A DNA stretch of 64,000 nucleotides, taken from assembly GCA_044226625.1 (NCBI GenBank), contig JBGAGQ010000008.1:32001-96000 (forward strand), given 5' to 3'. This DNA comes from Thermoanaerobaculia bacterium. GTDB taxonomy: Bacteria; Acidobacteriota; Thermoanaerobaculia; Multivoradales; UBA5704. Shown here in pieces: positions 46,164 to 55,864 of the stretch (positions within the stretch are counted from its first letter, which is position 1; every line of letters starts with the position of its first letter). Below the pieces are notes generated by a model that was not told the origin of the DNA, ran no database searches, and saw only the letters and a list, made by a program, of their open reading frames with translations. Position numbers and translations under genes: made by a program.

Positions 46164-47324
46164 CTACTCCTGTCGGGAAAGATCCCAGAGCATGACGCGA
46201 TTGTTGCCTGAATCGGCGATCGCCAGGCGGTCGCCGTCGAGGCAGATCCCATACGGCCAGCAGAGCGTGTCGGAGCGCACCGCCTGCCAGCGGTTCTCGC
46301 CGTTGCCGGCGAAATCGGCTTGGCCGATCACCCGGTCGGCGGGCGCGCCGCATTCGAGCGGCGCTCCGCGCCAGAGCAGGATCCGGTTGTTCGCGGTGTC
46401 CGCCACCGCCAATCGTCGGCCGTCGCTCGCCAGAGCATACGGAAAACGGAGCGTCGAGGCGCTCTGCGGCGCGTACGGGAACTCGCCCGCCGCCAAGAGG
46501 TCGGTCTGGCCCAGGGCGAAGTCGGCCTCGCGGTCTCCCTCCCCATCCCGCGGTCCGCCGACCCAGCCGAGCACACGGTGGTTGCCGGCGTCGGCGACAT
46601 AGGTCACCCCCGCGGCGCCGACGATCGCGTGGGGCCAGCGAAACGAGCGCCCGGACGGCGCGCCGCCCCGGTTCTCGTCGGACGACAGGAAATCGGGCTG
46701 CCCGAGCACCGCGTCGGCCGCGCGGTCGCGCTCCGGCAGGCCGCGCCAGGCGAGGACGCGGCGGTTGCCGGTGTCGGCGACGTAGAACCAGCCCTCGACC
46801 CACCCGAGGCCGTAGGGCCAGTAGAGGCCGGCAGCCGAGACCGCGCCGCCCCGGTTCGGTTCGACCGAAGACAAATCGACCTGCCCGAGCGCCCAATCCG
46901 GCGCCTGGTCCGAACGGTCGGGAATTCGATCCCAGATCAGAACGCGGTGATGCCAGGCGTCGGCCACGACCAGCCGTCCGTCGATCACGGCGAGGCCGGT
47001 GGGCAGATGGAAGCCGTTCTCCGGCCCGCGCCCTGCCCCCTTCGGACCTTCGCTCTCCGCCGACGGCTGACCGAGGATCACGTCGGCGGCCGCCCCGTCG
47101 TCCGTCGGAACGCCGTGCCAGAGCAGCAGCCGGTGGTTGCCCGAATCGGCGACCGCGAGCAGATCGCCGGAGAGGAAGACGCCGCGCGGCGCATAGAGCT
47201 GGCTCGCCGTCGGCGTGCCGCTCGGCAGGGCGAGACCGCCCGGCGCGGGCGCCCCGACTCGGACGGGTGTTTTCGCCTCGACGCCGGTCCGATCGAGCTC
47301 GATCCCCGAGGGTCCGTTTCCCAT
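46164..47324 (-). CDS. NHL-repeat beta-propeller (group 2a hydrogenase accessory)
   Basis: Six xADxxN/HxRxLxW repeats with LGQ motifs. Confidence 0.88.
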   Translation of the reverse strand: MGNGPSGIELDRTGVEAKTPVRVGAPAPGGLALPSGTPTASQLYAPRGVFLSGDLLAVADSGNHRLLLWHGVPTDDGAAADVILGQPSAESEGPKGAGRGPENGFHLPTGLAVIDGRLVVADAWHHRVLIWDRIPDRSDQAPDWALGQVDLSSVEPNRGGAVSAAGLYWPYGLGWVEGWFYVADTGNRRVLAWRGLPERDRAADAVLGQPDFLSSDENRGGAPSGRSFRWPHAIVGAAGVTYVADAGNHRVLGWVGGPRDGEGDREADFALGQTDLLAAGEFPYAPQSASTLRFPYALASDGRRLAVADTANNRILLWRGAPLECGAPADRVIGQADFAGNGENRWQAVRSDTLCWPYGICLDGDRLAIADSGNNRVMLWDLSRQE

Positions 47325-47332
47325 ACGCGGGT

Positions 47333-48259
47333 CTACTCGGGCCTCACGTAGATCGTCCCCCGCTCGACGCGCAGTGGATAGGGCTCGAGCTGCGCCTGCG
47401 GCGCGGTCAGGCATTCGCCCGTGCGCCCGTCGAAACGGAAGCCGTGCCAGGGGCAGGAGATCGTCCGTCCAGACACGTCGACCAGGCCGCCGTCGACCGG
47501 CAAGCCCTGGTGGGCACAGGCGTTCTTGAACGCGTAGAGCGCGTCGCCGAAACGCAGCAGCACGGCGCTGCCGTCGGCGGTCTCCAGGCGGTAGGGCTTA
47601 CCCTCCTCGACCGCGTCGGCGGCGGGACCTTCCACCCAGCCCTGGTCCTCCAGCCGGACGTCCGCCCGGCGGCGCAACGCGTCGAGCGACACGAACCCCG
47701 CGGTCGGCTCGCCGCTGGTCGGTACCACCCGCTCGATCTCCGGCACGTGGGTGCGGAGCGCTTCCTCCACCCCTTGCCGCAGCGTCGTCGCCGACATCGA
47801 ACAGCCGTGGCAGGCGCCGGAGAGGCGCACGGTCGCCGTCGTCCCCTCGATCTCGACCAGCTCGACGTCGCCGCCGTGCGATCGGAGAAACGGGCGCACT
47901 TGGTCGAGGGCGCGCTCCACCCGCGTGCGCAGATCCGCCCGCACCAGGCCGTGCATGGCGAACAGGGCGTAGATCGAGGGCTCGTCGACGAACTCGTAGA
48001 GGATCTCCGCGCCGCGCGGATCGGCCTTGAGCGCGCGCACGATCCGCGTGAGCCCCTCTTTGTGGAACGCCTCGATCGCGCGGCGCAGCTCGACCGCCGG
48101 TTCGCGCGCGGAGGTCTCGAGCGCGTCAACCGCGGCGATCGCGCGGTCGACGCGCGACGCGAGCCGGTCGAGCTCGGACTCGGCCGGTCTCTCGGCCGGT
48201 CTCTCGGCCGGTAACCCGGCGTTCGGGGGATCGATCCTGTTTTCCGTCACGGAGCTCAT
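47333..48259 (-). CDS. NifU_C + Rieske Fe-S protein (HucE-like)
   Basis: RPFLRSHGGDVEL, GACHGC, Rieske CAH...CPWHG. Confidence 0.9.
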   Translation of the reverse strand: MSSVTENRIDPPNAGLPAERPAERPAESELDRLASRVDRAIAAVDALETSAREPAVELRRAIEAFHKEGLTRIVRALKADPRGAEILYEFVDEPSIYALFAMHGLVRADLRTRVERALDQVRPFLRSHGGDVELVEIEGTTATVRLSGACHGCSMSATTLRQGVEEALRTHVPEIERVVPTSGEPTAGFVSLDALRRRADVRLEDQGWVEGPAADAVEEGKPYRLETADGSAVLLRFGDALYAFKNACAHQGLPVDGGLVDVSGRTISCPWHGFRFDGRTGECLTAPQAQLEPYPLRVERGTIYVRPE

Positions 48260-48651
48260 TCGACGATCTCACGATCCGGCTCGGTGCTCGAGAACGCGGC
48301 GCTCCGTTCGAGCGCCTCTTCGGCCTTGGCGCGCAAGAGATCGGCAAAAGCGGCGCGGGCGAGCGCCTGGAGCGTCTCGCCGACCGTGCCCCGCGGCGCG
48401 ACACCCGCGGGCGCCGGCCGGCGCTCGAGCGCCTGGAGCACGAACGAGGCGCCGGCCGCGTCGCCGAGCAAAAACTCCTCGAACAGCGCGCCGCAAAACT
48501 CCGCGAGCCAGATCCCGGGCCCGTCCGGATCGCGGCGCAGCCGCTCGAGCGCCGGGGCGGCGCCGCCGTTGCGCTGCTCCAGCCGCTCGACATATCGCTC
48601 GACCGCGGTCGCGAACAGGAAATCGAACTGCTGTCGCGCGTAGAGGTCCAT
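48256..48651 (-). CDS. Hydrogenase-cluster hypothetical protein
   Basis: MDLYARQQFDFLFATAVERYVERLEQR...; overlaps both neighbouring genes. Confidence 0.75.
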   Translation of the reverse strand: MDLYARQQFDFLFATAVERYVERLEQRNGGAAPALERLRRDPDGPGIWLAEFCGALFEEFLLGDAAGASFVLQALERRPAPAGVAPRGTVGETLQALARAAFADLLRAKAEEALERSAAFSSTEPDREIVE

Positions 48652-49991
48652 CAGCTCCCCTCGCCGACCGCGGCGACGACGTCCAGGTTCGCGCCCTCGG
48701 CTCCCGAGCGGGCGGCCAGCCGCTCGTTGATCCGCGCCACCTGCTCGAGCGCGCTCGCGGCGAGGTCCGGCTCGCCATGCCAGTGGAAGAGCTTGTGCGC
48801 CTCTTCGAGCTTCGACAGGGCGGGGGCGAAGATGCCGAGATGCGCGAGCGCGTTCGCCTGGTTGGCGAGCAGGCGGGCGTAGCCGAGCGGGTCGAGCGCG
48901 CGGTTGCGGACCGCGAGCAGCTGCTCGTAGATCTCGACCGCCTGGACCAGATTCTCCTCGGGGTGGGACGAGGGAAGGTACTGGAGCGCGTTCGCTAGGT
49001 TGAGCTGGGCGGAGGACCAAGCTTCCGGATGGGCTTCCGGAGTCCAGACCTTGAGCGCCTCGCGGAACGACTGCACCGCGACCGCCATACGCAACGGCGA
49101 GGCCGCCTCTCCCATCGGCAGCGCAAGGTAGGCGAGCCCCAGGTTGTTCTGGGCGTGGGCGTAGCCCTCGGCGCCCCGTTCGAGCGAGAGCCCCGTGTGG
49201 ATCGCCGCCTGATAGGCGCTCACCGCCTCGAGCAGGGCCGAGCGATCCGTGCCGGCCTCTTGGTGGTAGAGCTCGCCGAGCGAGAGATGGAGGCCCGCCC
49301 GCAGCGGCGAGCGCCCACCGTCCGCGACCTCGGGGACCAGCGAGAGCGCCTCCCGTAGGAGAGTGATCGCGCGGCGGCGGTCGTTCGGCGCGAGCAGGCT
49401 GGCCTTCTGGGCGAGAAGCTGCGCGGCCAGCGACGGCGAGATCGCACGCGCCGCCTCGACGCCCGAGCCGAGCGTCGCGAGCGCGGCTTCGATCTCTCCC
49501 GCTCCCAGTTGCGCCGCCGCGCGCACCATCGCGACGAGCGCCGACACGAGGGGATGGACGGATTCGCCGGCTCCGGGAGCCTCCGGCAACTCGTCGCTCC
49601 CTCCCGAAGCGAAGTCGGCGCAGGCGATCAACCGCGCGAGGTCGGCGGCGATCGGATCGGGCAGCGCGGCGAGCGCCTCGGGATCGCCCGAGAGGACGAA
49701 GCGATCGTAGGCGAGGGCGAACGTCGCCTGCTCGCTTACGGCTCCAGAGTGCAGATCGTGCGCATTGAGAGCATCGAGCGCCCCGTCGAAATCTCCCTCG
49801 GCGGCGCGCCGATAGAACTCCCATTCCTCGGGCATGGGTCCGGAAAGGTCGCCCGCGATCCATCGGCGGTAGGCCTCCTCGGCGAGCGGCGACGCGCTCT
49901 CGGGCAGCAGGAGGAAGCCCGCGGGCGCGGGAAGGATTCCGAGCGGCTGGGGCCCGAACGGTAGGTTGAAAGCGGCGGTCGGATCAGGCAT
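48651..49991 (-). CDS. TPR-like protein (group 2a hydrogenase accessory)
   Basis: PQPLGILPAPAGFLLLP, AQNNLGLAYL, AQLNLANALQY, LANQANALAH helical repeats. Confidence 0.85.
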   Translation of the reverse strand: MPDPTAAFNLPFGPQPLGILPAPAGFLLLPESASPLAEEAYRRWIAGDLSGPMPEEWEFYRRAAEGDFDGALDALNAHDLHSGAVSEQATFALAYDRFVLSGDPEALAALPDPIAADLARLIACADFASGGSDELPEAPGAGESVHPLVSALVAMVRAAAQLGAGEIEAALATLGSGVEAARAISPSLAAQLLAQKASLLAPNDRRRAITLLREALSLVPEVADGGRSPLRAGLHLSLGELYHQEAGTDRSALLEAVSAYQAAIHTGLSLERGAEGYAHAQNNLGLAYLALPMGEAASPLRMAVAVQSFREALKVWTPEAHPEAWSSAQLNLANALQYLPSSHPEENLVQAVEIYEQLLAVRNRALDPLGYARLLANQANALAHLGIFAPALSKLEEAHKLFHWHGEPDLAASALEQVARINERLAARSGAEGANLDVVAAVGEGS

Positions 49992-50340
49992 TCGAAGATT
50001 CCTGTCGCGGCGTCGTAACCGAGGACGTAGAGAGCGACGAGGACGGCGCGGGAAGCAGGGCGACCCGCAGGGCGCCGCGGGGCTCGTCCCAGAATGCCGG
50101 CAGGTCACCGCTCGCGACGTCCGGCGGCAGCACCTCCGAGATCAACACGGCGCGGTCGCCCGCGCGGTTGCGCTGCTTGAGCAGCATACCGCCGCCCCCC
50201 TGTCCGCGCACCGGCACTAACCAGAGCTCGCGATCGACCACCCGAGCGACCAGGGCGTCGGTCGGGAAATAGCGCTCGGCGACCGCGGCCGTCAGCCGGA
50301 GCGAGCCGTCCCGCGTGAGCTCGACTTCTACGAGCGCCAT
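49984..50340 (-). CDS. Small hydrogenase maturation-associated protein
   Basis: YFPTDALV...GGMLLKQRNRAGDR; overlaps the protease and TPR genes. Confidence 0.7.
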   Translation of the reverse strand: MALVEVELTRDGSLRLTAAVAERYFPTDALVARVVDRELWLVPVRGQGGGGMLLKQRNRAGDRAVLISEVLPPDVASGDLPAFWDEPRGALRVALLPAPSSSLSTSSVTTPRQESSNA

Positions 50341-50885
50341 GTCGGAACCTCCTCGGATCCGGCGCTCTCAGGAGCGTCGGCGACTTCCGCGAGGAGCCGC
50401 GGAGCGAGCTTCGCCATCGCCGCTTCGACCGGCGGCGACAGGGGTGCGCCCAATTCGAGCGATTCGGCTTCGATCAGGTAGATCGTGACCTTCCGAGGGT
50501 ATTCGTCCTTGAGCAGCCAACGGGCGAACGCGAGCGCGTGGTCCCAACGGAACGCGTGGAGGTTGATCCCGGCGAGCGGCGGCAGCTGCTCCACCCGTTC
50601 GCCTGGAAGGCGGAACGTCGCGCCGGGCTCGCTACCGCTGCGGCAGGCGTCGACCAGGATCACGTGCGGGACTCCGCGCATCTGGAACGCGACGTCCATG
50701 CCGCCGGTGCCGCCGTCGGCGCAGCGCACGCCGTGCGGTAACCCCAACTCCCAGAGGTGACGGACGAGGATCGGGCCGACCGCGTCGTCGCCGCGCAGGA
50801 TGTTGCCGCAGCCGACGATCAAGGCCCGCACCCGCTCGCCCGAGGGCGGCGGGATGCGGGCGGCTTCGCTTGCCTGCTCGATCAT
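50328..50885 (-). CDS. Hydrogenase maturation endopeptidase (HupW-like)
   Basis: GCGNILRGDDAVG, DGGTGG, HAFRWDHAL. Confidence 0.93.
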   Translation of the reverse strand: MIEQASEAARIPPPSGERVRALIVGCGNILRGDDAVGPILVRHLWELGLPHGVRCADGGTGGMDVAFQMRGVPHVILVDACRSGSEPGATFRLPGERVEQLPPLAGINLHAFRWDHALAFARWLLKDEYPRKVTIYLIEAESLELGAPLSPPVEAAMAKLAPRLLAEVADAPESAGSEEVPTWRS

Positions 50886-50898
50886 GCGCTCACGATCT

Positions 50899-52530
50899 CT
50901 AACCCAGCTCTCCGATCCGGAAGCTCGACAGCTCGCGGTCCGTCTTGCCGTCGTAGACGTGGACGGTGCAGACGAGGCACGAGTCGAACGAGCGCGCGAC
51001 GTGCCCCATCTCGACCGGGTCGGTCGGATCGGTGATCCGCGACCCGATGAACGCCTGCTCCATCGGTCCGAGCGTGCCGACTCGGTCGCGCGGGCCGATG
51101 TTCCACGCGGTCGGGGTAATGACCTGATAGTTCTCGATCTTGCCGCCGCTGATCACGATCCAGTCCGAGAGAGAGCCCCGCGCCGCCTCGGTCGAGCCGA
51201 AGCCGCGCCCTTCCGAAAGCTCCTCGGGCTTCTCGTAGAACCGGTCGTGCAGGTCGATCCGGTCGAGCCACGAGCGCGTGAGCTGGTAGTACTTCGCCGC
51301 CTCGTGCATGCGCGCCATGACGCGCACCAGAATGCTCGGACCGACCGTCTGGATCGCGTCGAGGAAGAGCGGATCGTAATCCTGATGGCCGAGCGCCCCC
51401 TGCCGGCCGGCGATCACCTGGCGCGACAGCGGCCCGACCTCGAGCGGCATCGGCCCCTTGCCCGGCACTTCGTAGCGCGGCGACTTCGCCCAGCTGTACT
51501 TGCCCTGCTTGTGGCCGTCGGCCGGATCGATCGGATCGGTCTCCCCCTGCCAAGGATGGAGGAAACGATCGCCTTTATAAAACGAGTGCGACGTGTCCTC
51601 GCGCACGTTCAAGTGATCGAAGTCGTGGAAGCCCGAGCCGTCGTAGATCCCCGAACGGTTGATCAGCGCGTCGTTGCGACCTTCGATCGTCGGCCGCTCG
51701 TAGCGCTCGGGATCGAAATAGGTGCCGGTCGCGAGGTACGCGCCGCAGCCGCCGCCGAACTTGTCGAGCCCCGCGCGCTGCGCGAAGCGGAGGAACAGGC
51801 CGCAGTCCGAGTTGCGATGGCCGTCGTTTTCGTCCGCCCAGGCGAGCACGTCGGCCCAGGTCCGGTTTTCGAGCCAGCGCTCGACCGAGCCGCCGAGCCA
51901 GGACTTCTCCAGCCATTCGCGCTTCCAGTGATCGAGGATCGCGATCGCCCGGGTGACGTCGGAAAGGGTCGGCGCGCACATCACGCCGCCCGGGATCATG
52001 AAGCTCGAATGCGGCCACTGGCCGCCGAACATCGCGTAGACCTCGACCGGCTTGGCCGAGAGCGTGACTCCGTGCTCGTAGCTCGTGCCGACGAACGGCG
52101 CGAAACGGCGCACCACCTCGTCGTATTCGGGCAGGTGGGCGTAGTTCTTGTTCGTGAGGTCGATCGCGAACAGGGCATAGAACCAGCGCGGAATCGACAG
52201 CAGCGTCTCGCACGCCTGGGCGATGTTGCGCACGAGCGTCGCGTTGTGCGGCACCCGCGTCTTCCACGCCGTGTCGAGCGCGTAGACCGCCTTGTGGAGG
52301 TGGCTGCCGCCGCAGATGCCGCAGATGCGCGGCGTGACGATCAGGCCGGCCTGGGGATCCTTGCCGCGCAGGATGATCTCGAAACCGCGGAACATGCTCG
52401 CTTCGGTCCAGGCCTCGGTGACCACGCCGTCGCGAATCTTGACCCGCAGGTCGAGGTCGCCTTCGACGCGTCCCAGGGGGCTGATCCGCAGGTCGGCGGG
52501 CATCGGCAGGGTCTCGGTCGCAGTTGTCAT
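50899..52530 (-). CDS. hucL: Group 2a [NiFe]-hydrogenase large subunit
   Basis: RVEGDL, L1 TPRICGICGGSH, L2 FDSCLVCTVH with a cleavable C-terminal tail. Confidence 0.93.
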   Translation of the reverse strand: MTTATETLPMPADLRISPLGRVEGDLDLRVKIRDGVVTEAWTEASMFRGFEIILRGKDPQAGLIVTPRICGICGGSHLHKAVYALDTAWKTRVPHNATLVRNIAQACETLLSIPRWFYALFAIDLTNKNYAHLPEYDEVVRRFAPFVGTSYEHGVTLSAKPVEVYAMFGGQWPHSSFMIPGGVMCAPTLSDVTRAIAILDHWKREWLEKSWLGGSVERWLENRTWADVLAWADENDGHRNSDCGLFLRFAQRAGLDKFGGGCGAYLATGTYFDPERYERPTIEGRNDALINRSGIYDGSGFHDFDHLNVREDTSHSFYKGDRFLHPWQGETDPIDPADGHKQGKYSWAKSPRYEVPGKGPMPLEVGPLSRQVIAGRQGALGHQDYDPLFLDAIQTVGPSILVRVMARMHEAAKYYQLTRSWLDRIDLHDRFYEKPEELSEGRGFGSTEAARGSLSDWIVISGGKIENYQVITPTAWNIGPRDRVGTLGPMEQAFIGSRITDPTDPVEMGHVARSFDSCLVCTVHVYDGKTDRELSSFRIGELG

Positions 52531-52562
52531 GTCTCTCTCCGTACCGTTTTACGCGTGAGCGC

Positions 52563-53534
52563 CTAGACGACGAACATGTCTTCCTTCGACCACTTCGGAG
52601 CCGCAACGCGGGCGGCGGCGGCGTGCGCCATGTAGGAAACGTGATCGGTCCCCACCGGCACCTCCTTCGGGATCGTGCCGCTGATCTTCTGGGTCTTGAA
52701 CACGGTCCCCGGCTTCAAGTCGTGGAACGGGAACTCGGGCTCGGTGCAGCCGGTGCACGGCATGCCCGCGCGCGTCTTGCTCGACTGGCGGTTCCAGAGG
52801 ATGCGGTTGCACGGCGAATGCGTGAGCGGGCCGCGGCAGCCGAATTCGTAGAACAGACAGCCGGTGCGCGTACCCTGGCCGAACTCCATCGTCGCCTGCT
52901 TGTACTCGAAGAACTGGACGCGGGTGCAGCCGGTCTGGGTGAAGGTCTTGAAGAAGGTCACCGGGCGCTGCAAGTCGTCGAGCGCGATGTCGGCCGCGCG
53001 CCCCGAGGCGATCGCGACCAGGATCTGGGTCACCCAATCCGGATGCGCGGGGCAGCCCGGGATGTTGATCACCGGCAGCCCCCACTTCGAGCGGAAGCCC
53101 GCGCCGAGGAAGCCGCCGTGGTTGCGCTTGAGATATTGCAGCCCGACGTTGTCGACCGGGTTCGGCTCGGTCGCCGGGATGCCGCCCCAGCAGGCGCAGT
53201 CGCCGAGGGCGACCACGGCGTTGGCCCGCGCGGCGATCTCTTTGACCCAATCCTTCATCGGTCGGTCGGCGAACATGTTGTAGCGGCCGGTGCCGTTCGG
53301 CCCCTGGATGACCGTCCCTTCGAAGACGAAGATGTCGAGCGGCCGGGCGCCGGTCGCGCAATCGTTGAAGATCTTCTTGGCGTTGTCGCCCATCTCCATC
53401 CCGAGCGACGGATGCCAGAGCACGTCGATCCCGAAGTCGGTGACCAGGTCGCACGCGCTCGGTTCTTCCGCGTTCAGGAACGACATCGTGTTGCCGCTGC
53501 ATGCGCCACCTTGTAGCCAGAGAACGGTCGCCAT
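52563..53534 (-). CDS. hucS: Group 2a [NiFe]-hydrogenase small subunit (no Tat signal)
   Basis: AAGGAGG RBS; MATVLWLQGGACSGN (Asn in place of Cys), GDCACWGG, PGCP, TQTGC (Gln in place of His), GCLFYEFGCRGP, AGMPCTGC. Confidence 0.93.
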   Translation of the reverse strand: MATVLWLQGGACSGNTMSFLNAEEPSACDLVTDFGIDVLWHPSLGMEMGDNAKKIFNDCATGARPLDIFVFEGTVIQGPNGTGRYNMFADRPMKDWVKEIAARANAVVALGDCACWGGIPATEPNPVDNVGLQYLKRNHGGFLGAGFRSKWGLPVINIPGCPAHPDWVTQILVAIASGRAADIALDDLQRPVTFFKTFTQTGCTRVQFFEYKQATMEFGQGTRTGCLFYEFGCRGPLTHSPCNRILWNRQSSKTRAGMPCTGCTEPEFPFHDLKPGTVFKTQKISGTIPKEVPVGTDHVSYMAHAAAARVAAPKWSKEDMFVV

Positions 53535-53787
53535 CGCGTGCGCCTCCTTGCTCGATCCGTGGAAAATCTGCGGCATCTTGCCCGCCCCTCCGACGCGGGG
53601 CAATAGCAAGAATTGGGTAGGCGGTCCCCGCGCCGCGCGGGTTCATGGGCATCGCGGATGGCGAGGGTGGAGATGCGGAAGAACGTGCGAAAACGAACGG
53701 GGCCTCCGCGTGCGCGGAGGCCCGGGCCCATCGACTTCAAAGCTACAGACCGACAGAGCTTCGAACCTCTGAGGTCGCTCCCACCCT

Positions 53788-55098
53788 CTACCTCTTGCCG
53801 ACCGATCCTTTCCGTTCGCGCATCTCCTCGGCCATCTGACGGATTTCCGTGAGGTCTCGCTTCATCTCGCTCCACCCGTACCAGAGCGCGTAATCCGGGT
53901 TGGCGTGGAAGGTCCCCTGGAACAGGCGCATCCGATGCTCGAGATGCATCTCGAAGAGCTTTTGCTCGATCGGCGTCGGCGCGTCATGGAACGTCAGCAG
54001 GTCGGGGAAGGCCGAGGCGTAGGACGCCGGCTTCTCCAGGATGCCGTCCTTGTAGAGCGCGACGATGGTGCGGATCGCCTCGGCGAGAAGGTGGTCGCCT
54101 TCGCGGATGAGCCGGTCGCCCTTCTCGAGCTCCGCCTTGGCGAAATTCTCCGAATGGCATTGGCTGCAAGCGTTCATCAGCTTCCGCCGCTCGGCCTGGA
54201 AATCCTCGGTGGTGAGGCGAGCGACGTCCGCCGCCTTCACCACGTCGAGGCGCGGGGTTGGCTTGCCGGCCGGATCGAGCACTCCCAGCGCCTGGAGGAT
54301 CGTCACCTGGTCCGCGGACCATTGCGGATCGTCGGAGAGCGGCAAGCGAACGGCGAGGAAACCCCACGGCGTGCGGACCTCGTGGTTGCCCGCCTGCATG
54401 TGACAGGTCTGGCAGGTCGGGGCCGCGGTCGAGGCGGGGAGCGTGCCGTTCTGCTTGAGCAGGGCACGCACGCCGTGCTTGGAGGCGGAGTACATCTCCC
54501 ACTGGGGATGGTCGAATCCCATGTGGCAGGTCTGGCAAGCCTGCGGCTGGCGCGCCTCGACCACGGAGAACGTGTGGCGCGTGTGGCAGGCGTCGCAGGA
54601 GGCGACGCCGAAGCCGGCGCCTTCACCGCGCAGGCGCCGGATCTCGTCCGCGCTCTTGATGCCGATCTTGTGGCAGCCGCCGCAGCCCTTCATGCCGTCA
54701 GAAAGCGCCACCGGCATGGCATGGGTCGTGGGCATCGCCTGCAAGGCCGCCCAAGCCTTGGAATGTTTCCCGGCGGTGAACTGCGTAACCTGGTCGGAGT
54801 GGCACTGGCCGCAGGTCTCCGGCGTGGGGATCTCGACCTTCGCGACGTCGACGGCCGAGGAGTGCTGGCTGCCGTGGCAATCCGCGCAATCGATCCCGCT
54901 CGAGCTGTGCTTGCTGATCTCCCAATCGGTGACGATGCTCGGCGTGACGGTGCGATGGCATTCGACGCAGCTGGACGTGGACGCGGCATGCGCGGGGATC
55001 GGTGCCGGCGGCGCCTCGGCTCCCGCCGCGATCCGAGCTTGCCACGCCAGCACCGCGAACGACGAAACCGTCAAGGCCCGAACGAGCCTATTCCTCAT
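53788..55098 (-). CDS. Periplasmic octahaem cytochrome c, hydroxylamine-oxidoreductase family
   Basis: Signal peptide; 8 CxxCH motifs (CVECH, CADCH, CGQCH, CGGCH, CDACH, CQTCH, CQTCH, CSQCH); CHTRHTFS, CHMGFDHPQWEMY..SKHG, FHANP..WYGW. Confidence 0.88.
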   Translation of the reverse strand: MRNRLVRALTVSSFAVLAWQARIAAGAEAPPAPIPAHAASTSSCVECHRTVTPSIVTDWEISKHSSSGIDCADCHGSQHSSAVDVAKVEIPTPETCGQCHSDQVTQFTAGKHSKAWAALQAMPTTHAMPVALSDGMKGCGGCHKIGIKSADEIRRLRGEGAGFGVASCDACHTRHTFSVVEARQPQACQTCHMGFDHPQWEMYSASKHGVRALLKQNGTLPASTAAPTCQTCHMQAGNHEVRTPWGFLAVRLPLSDDPQWSADQVTILQALGVLDPAGKPTPRLDVVKAADVARLTTEDFQAERRKLMNACSQCHSENFAKAELEKGDRLIREGDHLLAEAIRTIVALYKDGILEKPASYASAFPDLLTFHDAPTPIEQKLFEMHLEHRMRLFQGTFHANPDYALWYGWSEMKRDLTEIRQMAEEMRERKGSVGKR

Positions 55099-55228
55099 CG
55101 AAGAATCCTCCCTTGGGTAGCTGAAAACCTTGCGGAGCACTCTACCCCAGCCCGCCCGTTCCGCCGCGGTGCGAGCGCCCACCTCGACGGGTAGATCGAA
55201 GGCCACCCGAACAGGCGGGACGCTCGTG

Positions 55229-55864
55229 CTACATGCCGGCGCGGGGCATCAGGATCAGGCCGTGGGCGACCGCAGCGCGCACCAGCTCGACTTGATTGTG
55301 GGCGTCGAGCTTCTGCATCAGGTTCGCGCGATGGCGGGTCGCCGTGTGCGGCGAAACGCCGAGAATCTCGGCGATCTGCTGCGTGGTGCGGCCGTCGGCG
55401 ATCAGCTGCAATACCTCGCGCTCGCGCGCGGTGAGGCTCGAGCGCGAGGTCTCGATCGCCTCGATCTGCGCGAGGTCGAGGCTCCGACTGACGTAGCGTC
55501 GGCCGGCGAGAACTGACTCGAGCGCCTGGAAAAGCTCGTCGTCCATCGCGTGCTTGAGCAGGTAGCCGTCGGCGCCGTCGGCGAGAGCTTGGGCCACGAA
55601 CTGCACGTCGTCGAACATCGAGAGGACGAGCACCCTCGTTCGCGCTCCCCTGGCACGCAGCCGGCGCAGCGTTTCGAGCCCGTCGAGGCGCGGCATCGAG
55701 AGGTCGAGCACCAGGGCGTGCGGCGACTTCTCGCTCACGGCCGCGAGAGCATCCTCGCCGTTGCCGGCTTCCGCCGCGATCTCGAACCGTCCGTCGGTCG
55801 CGAGCAGCGCCGCGAGACCGCGGCGGACCAGGGCGTGATCGTCGGCGAGTACGATCCTAAACAC
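55229..55864 (-). CDS. NarL/LuxR-family response regulator
   Basis: GTG start; LADDH, LDLSMP, GYLLK, LTAREREVL, HRANLMQKL. Confidence 0.95.
   Translation of the reverse strand: MFRIVLADDHALVRRGLAALLATDGRFEIAAEAGNGEDALAAVSEKSPHALVLDLSMPRLDGLETLRRLRARGARTRVLVLSMFDDVQFVAQALADGADGYLLKHAMDDELFQALESVLAGRRYVSRSLDLAQIEAIETSRSSLTAREREVLQLIADGRTTQQIAEILGVSPHTATRHRANLMQKLDAHNQVELVRAAVAHGLILMPRAGM

Noticed and set aside
48179-48212. 12-bp repeat encoding PAERPAERPAE
   Set aside because: Short low-complexity N-terminal linker with no sign of wider significance.
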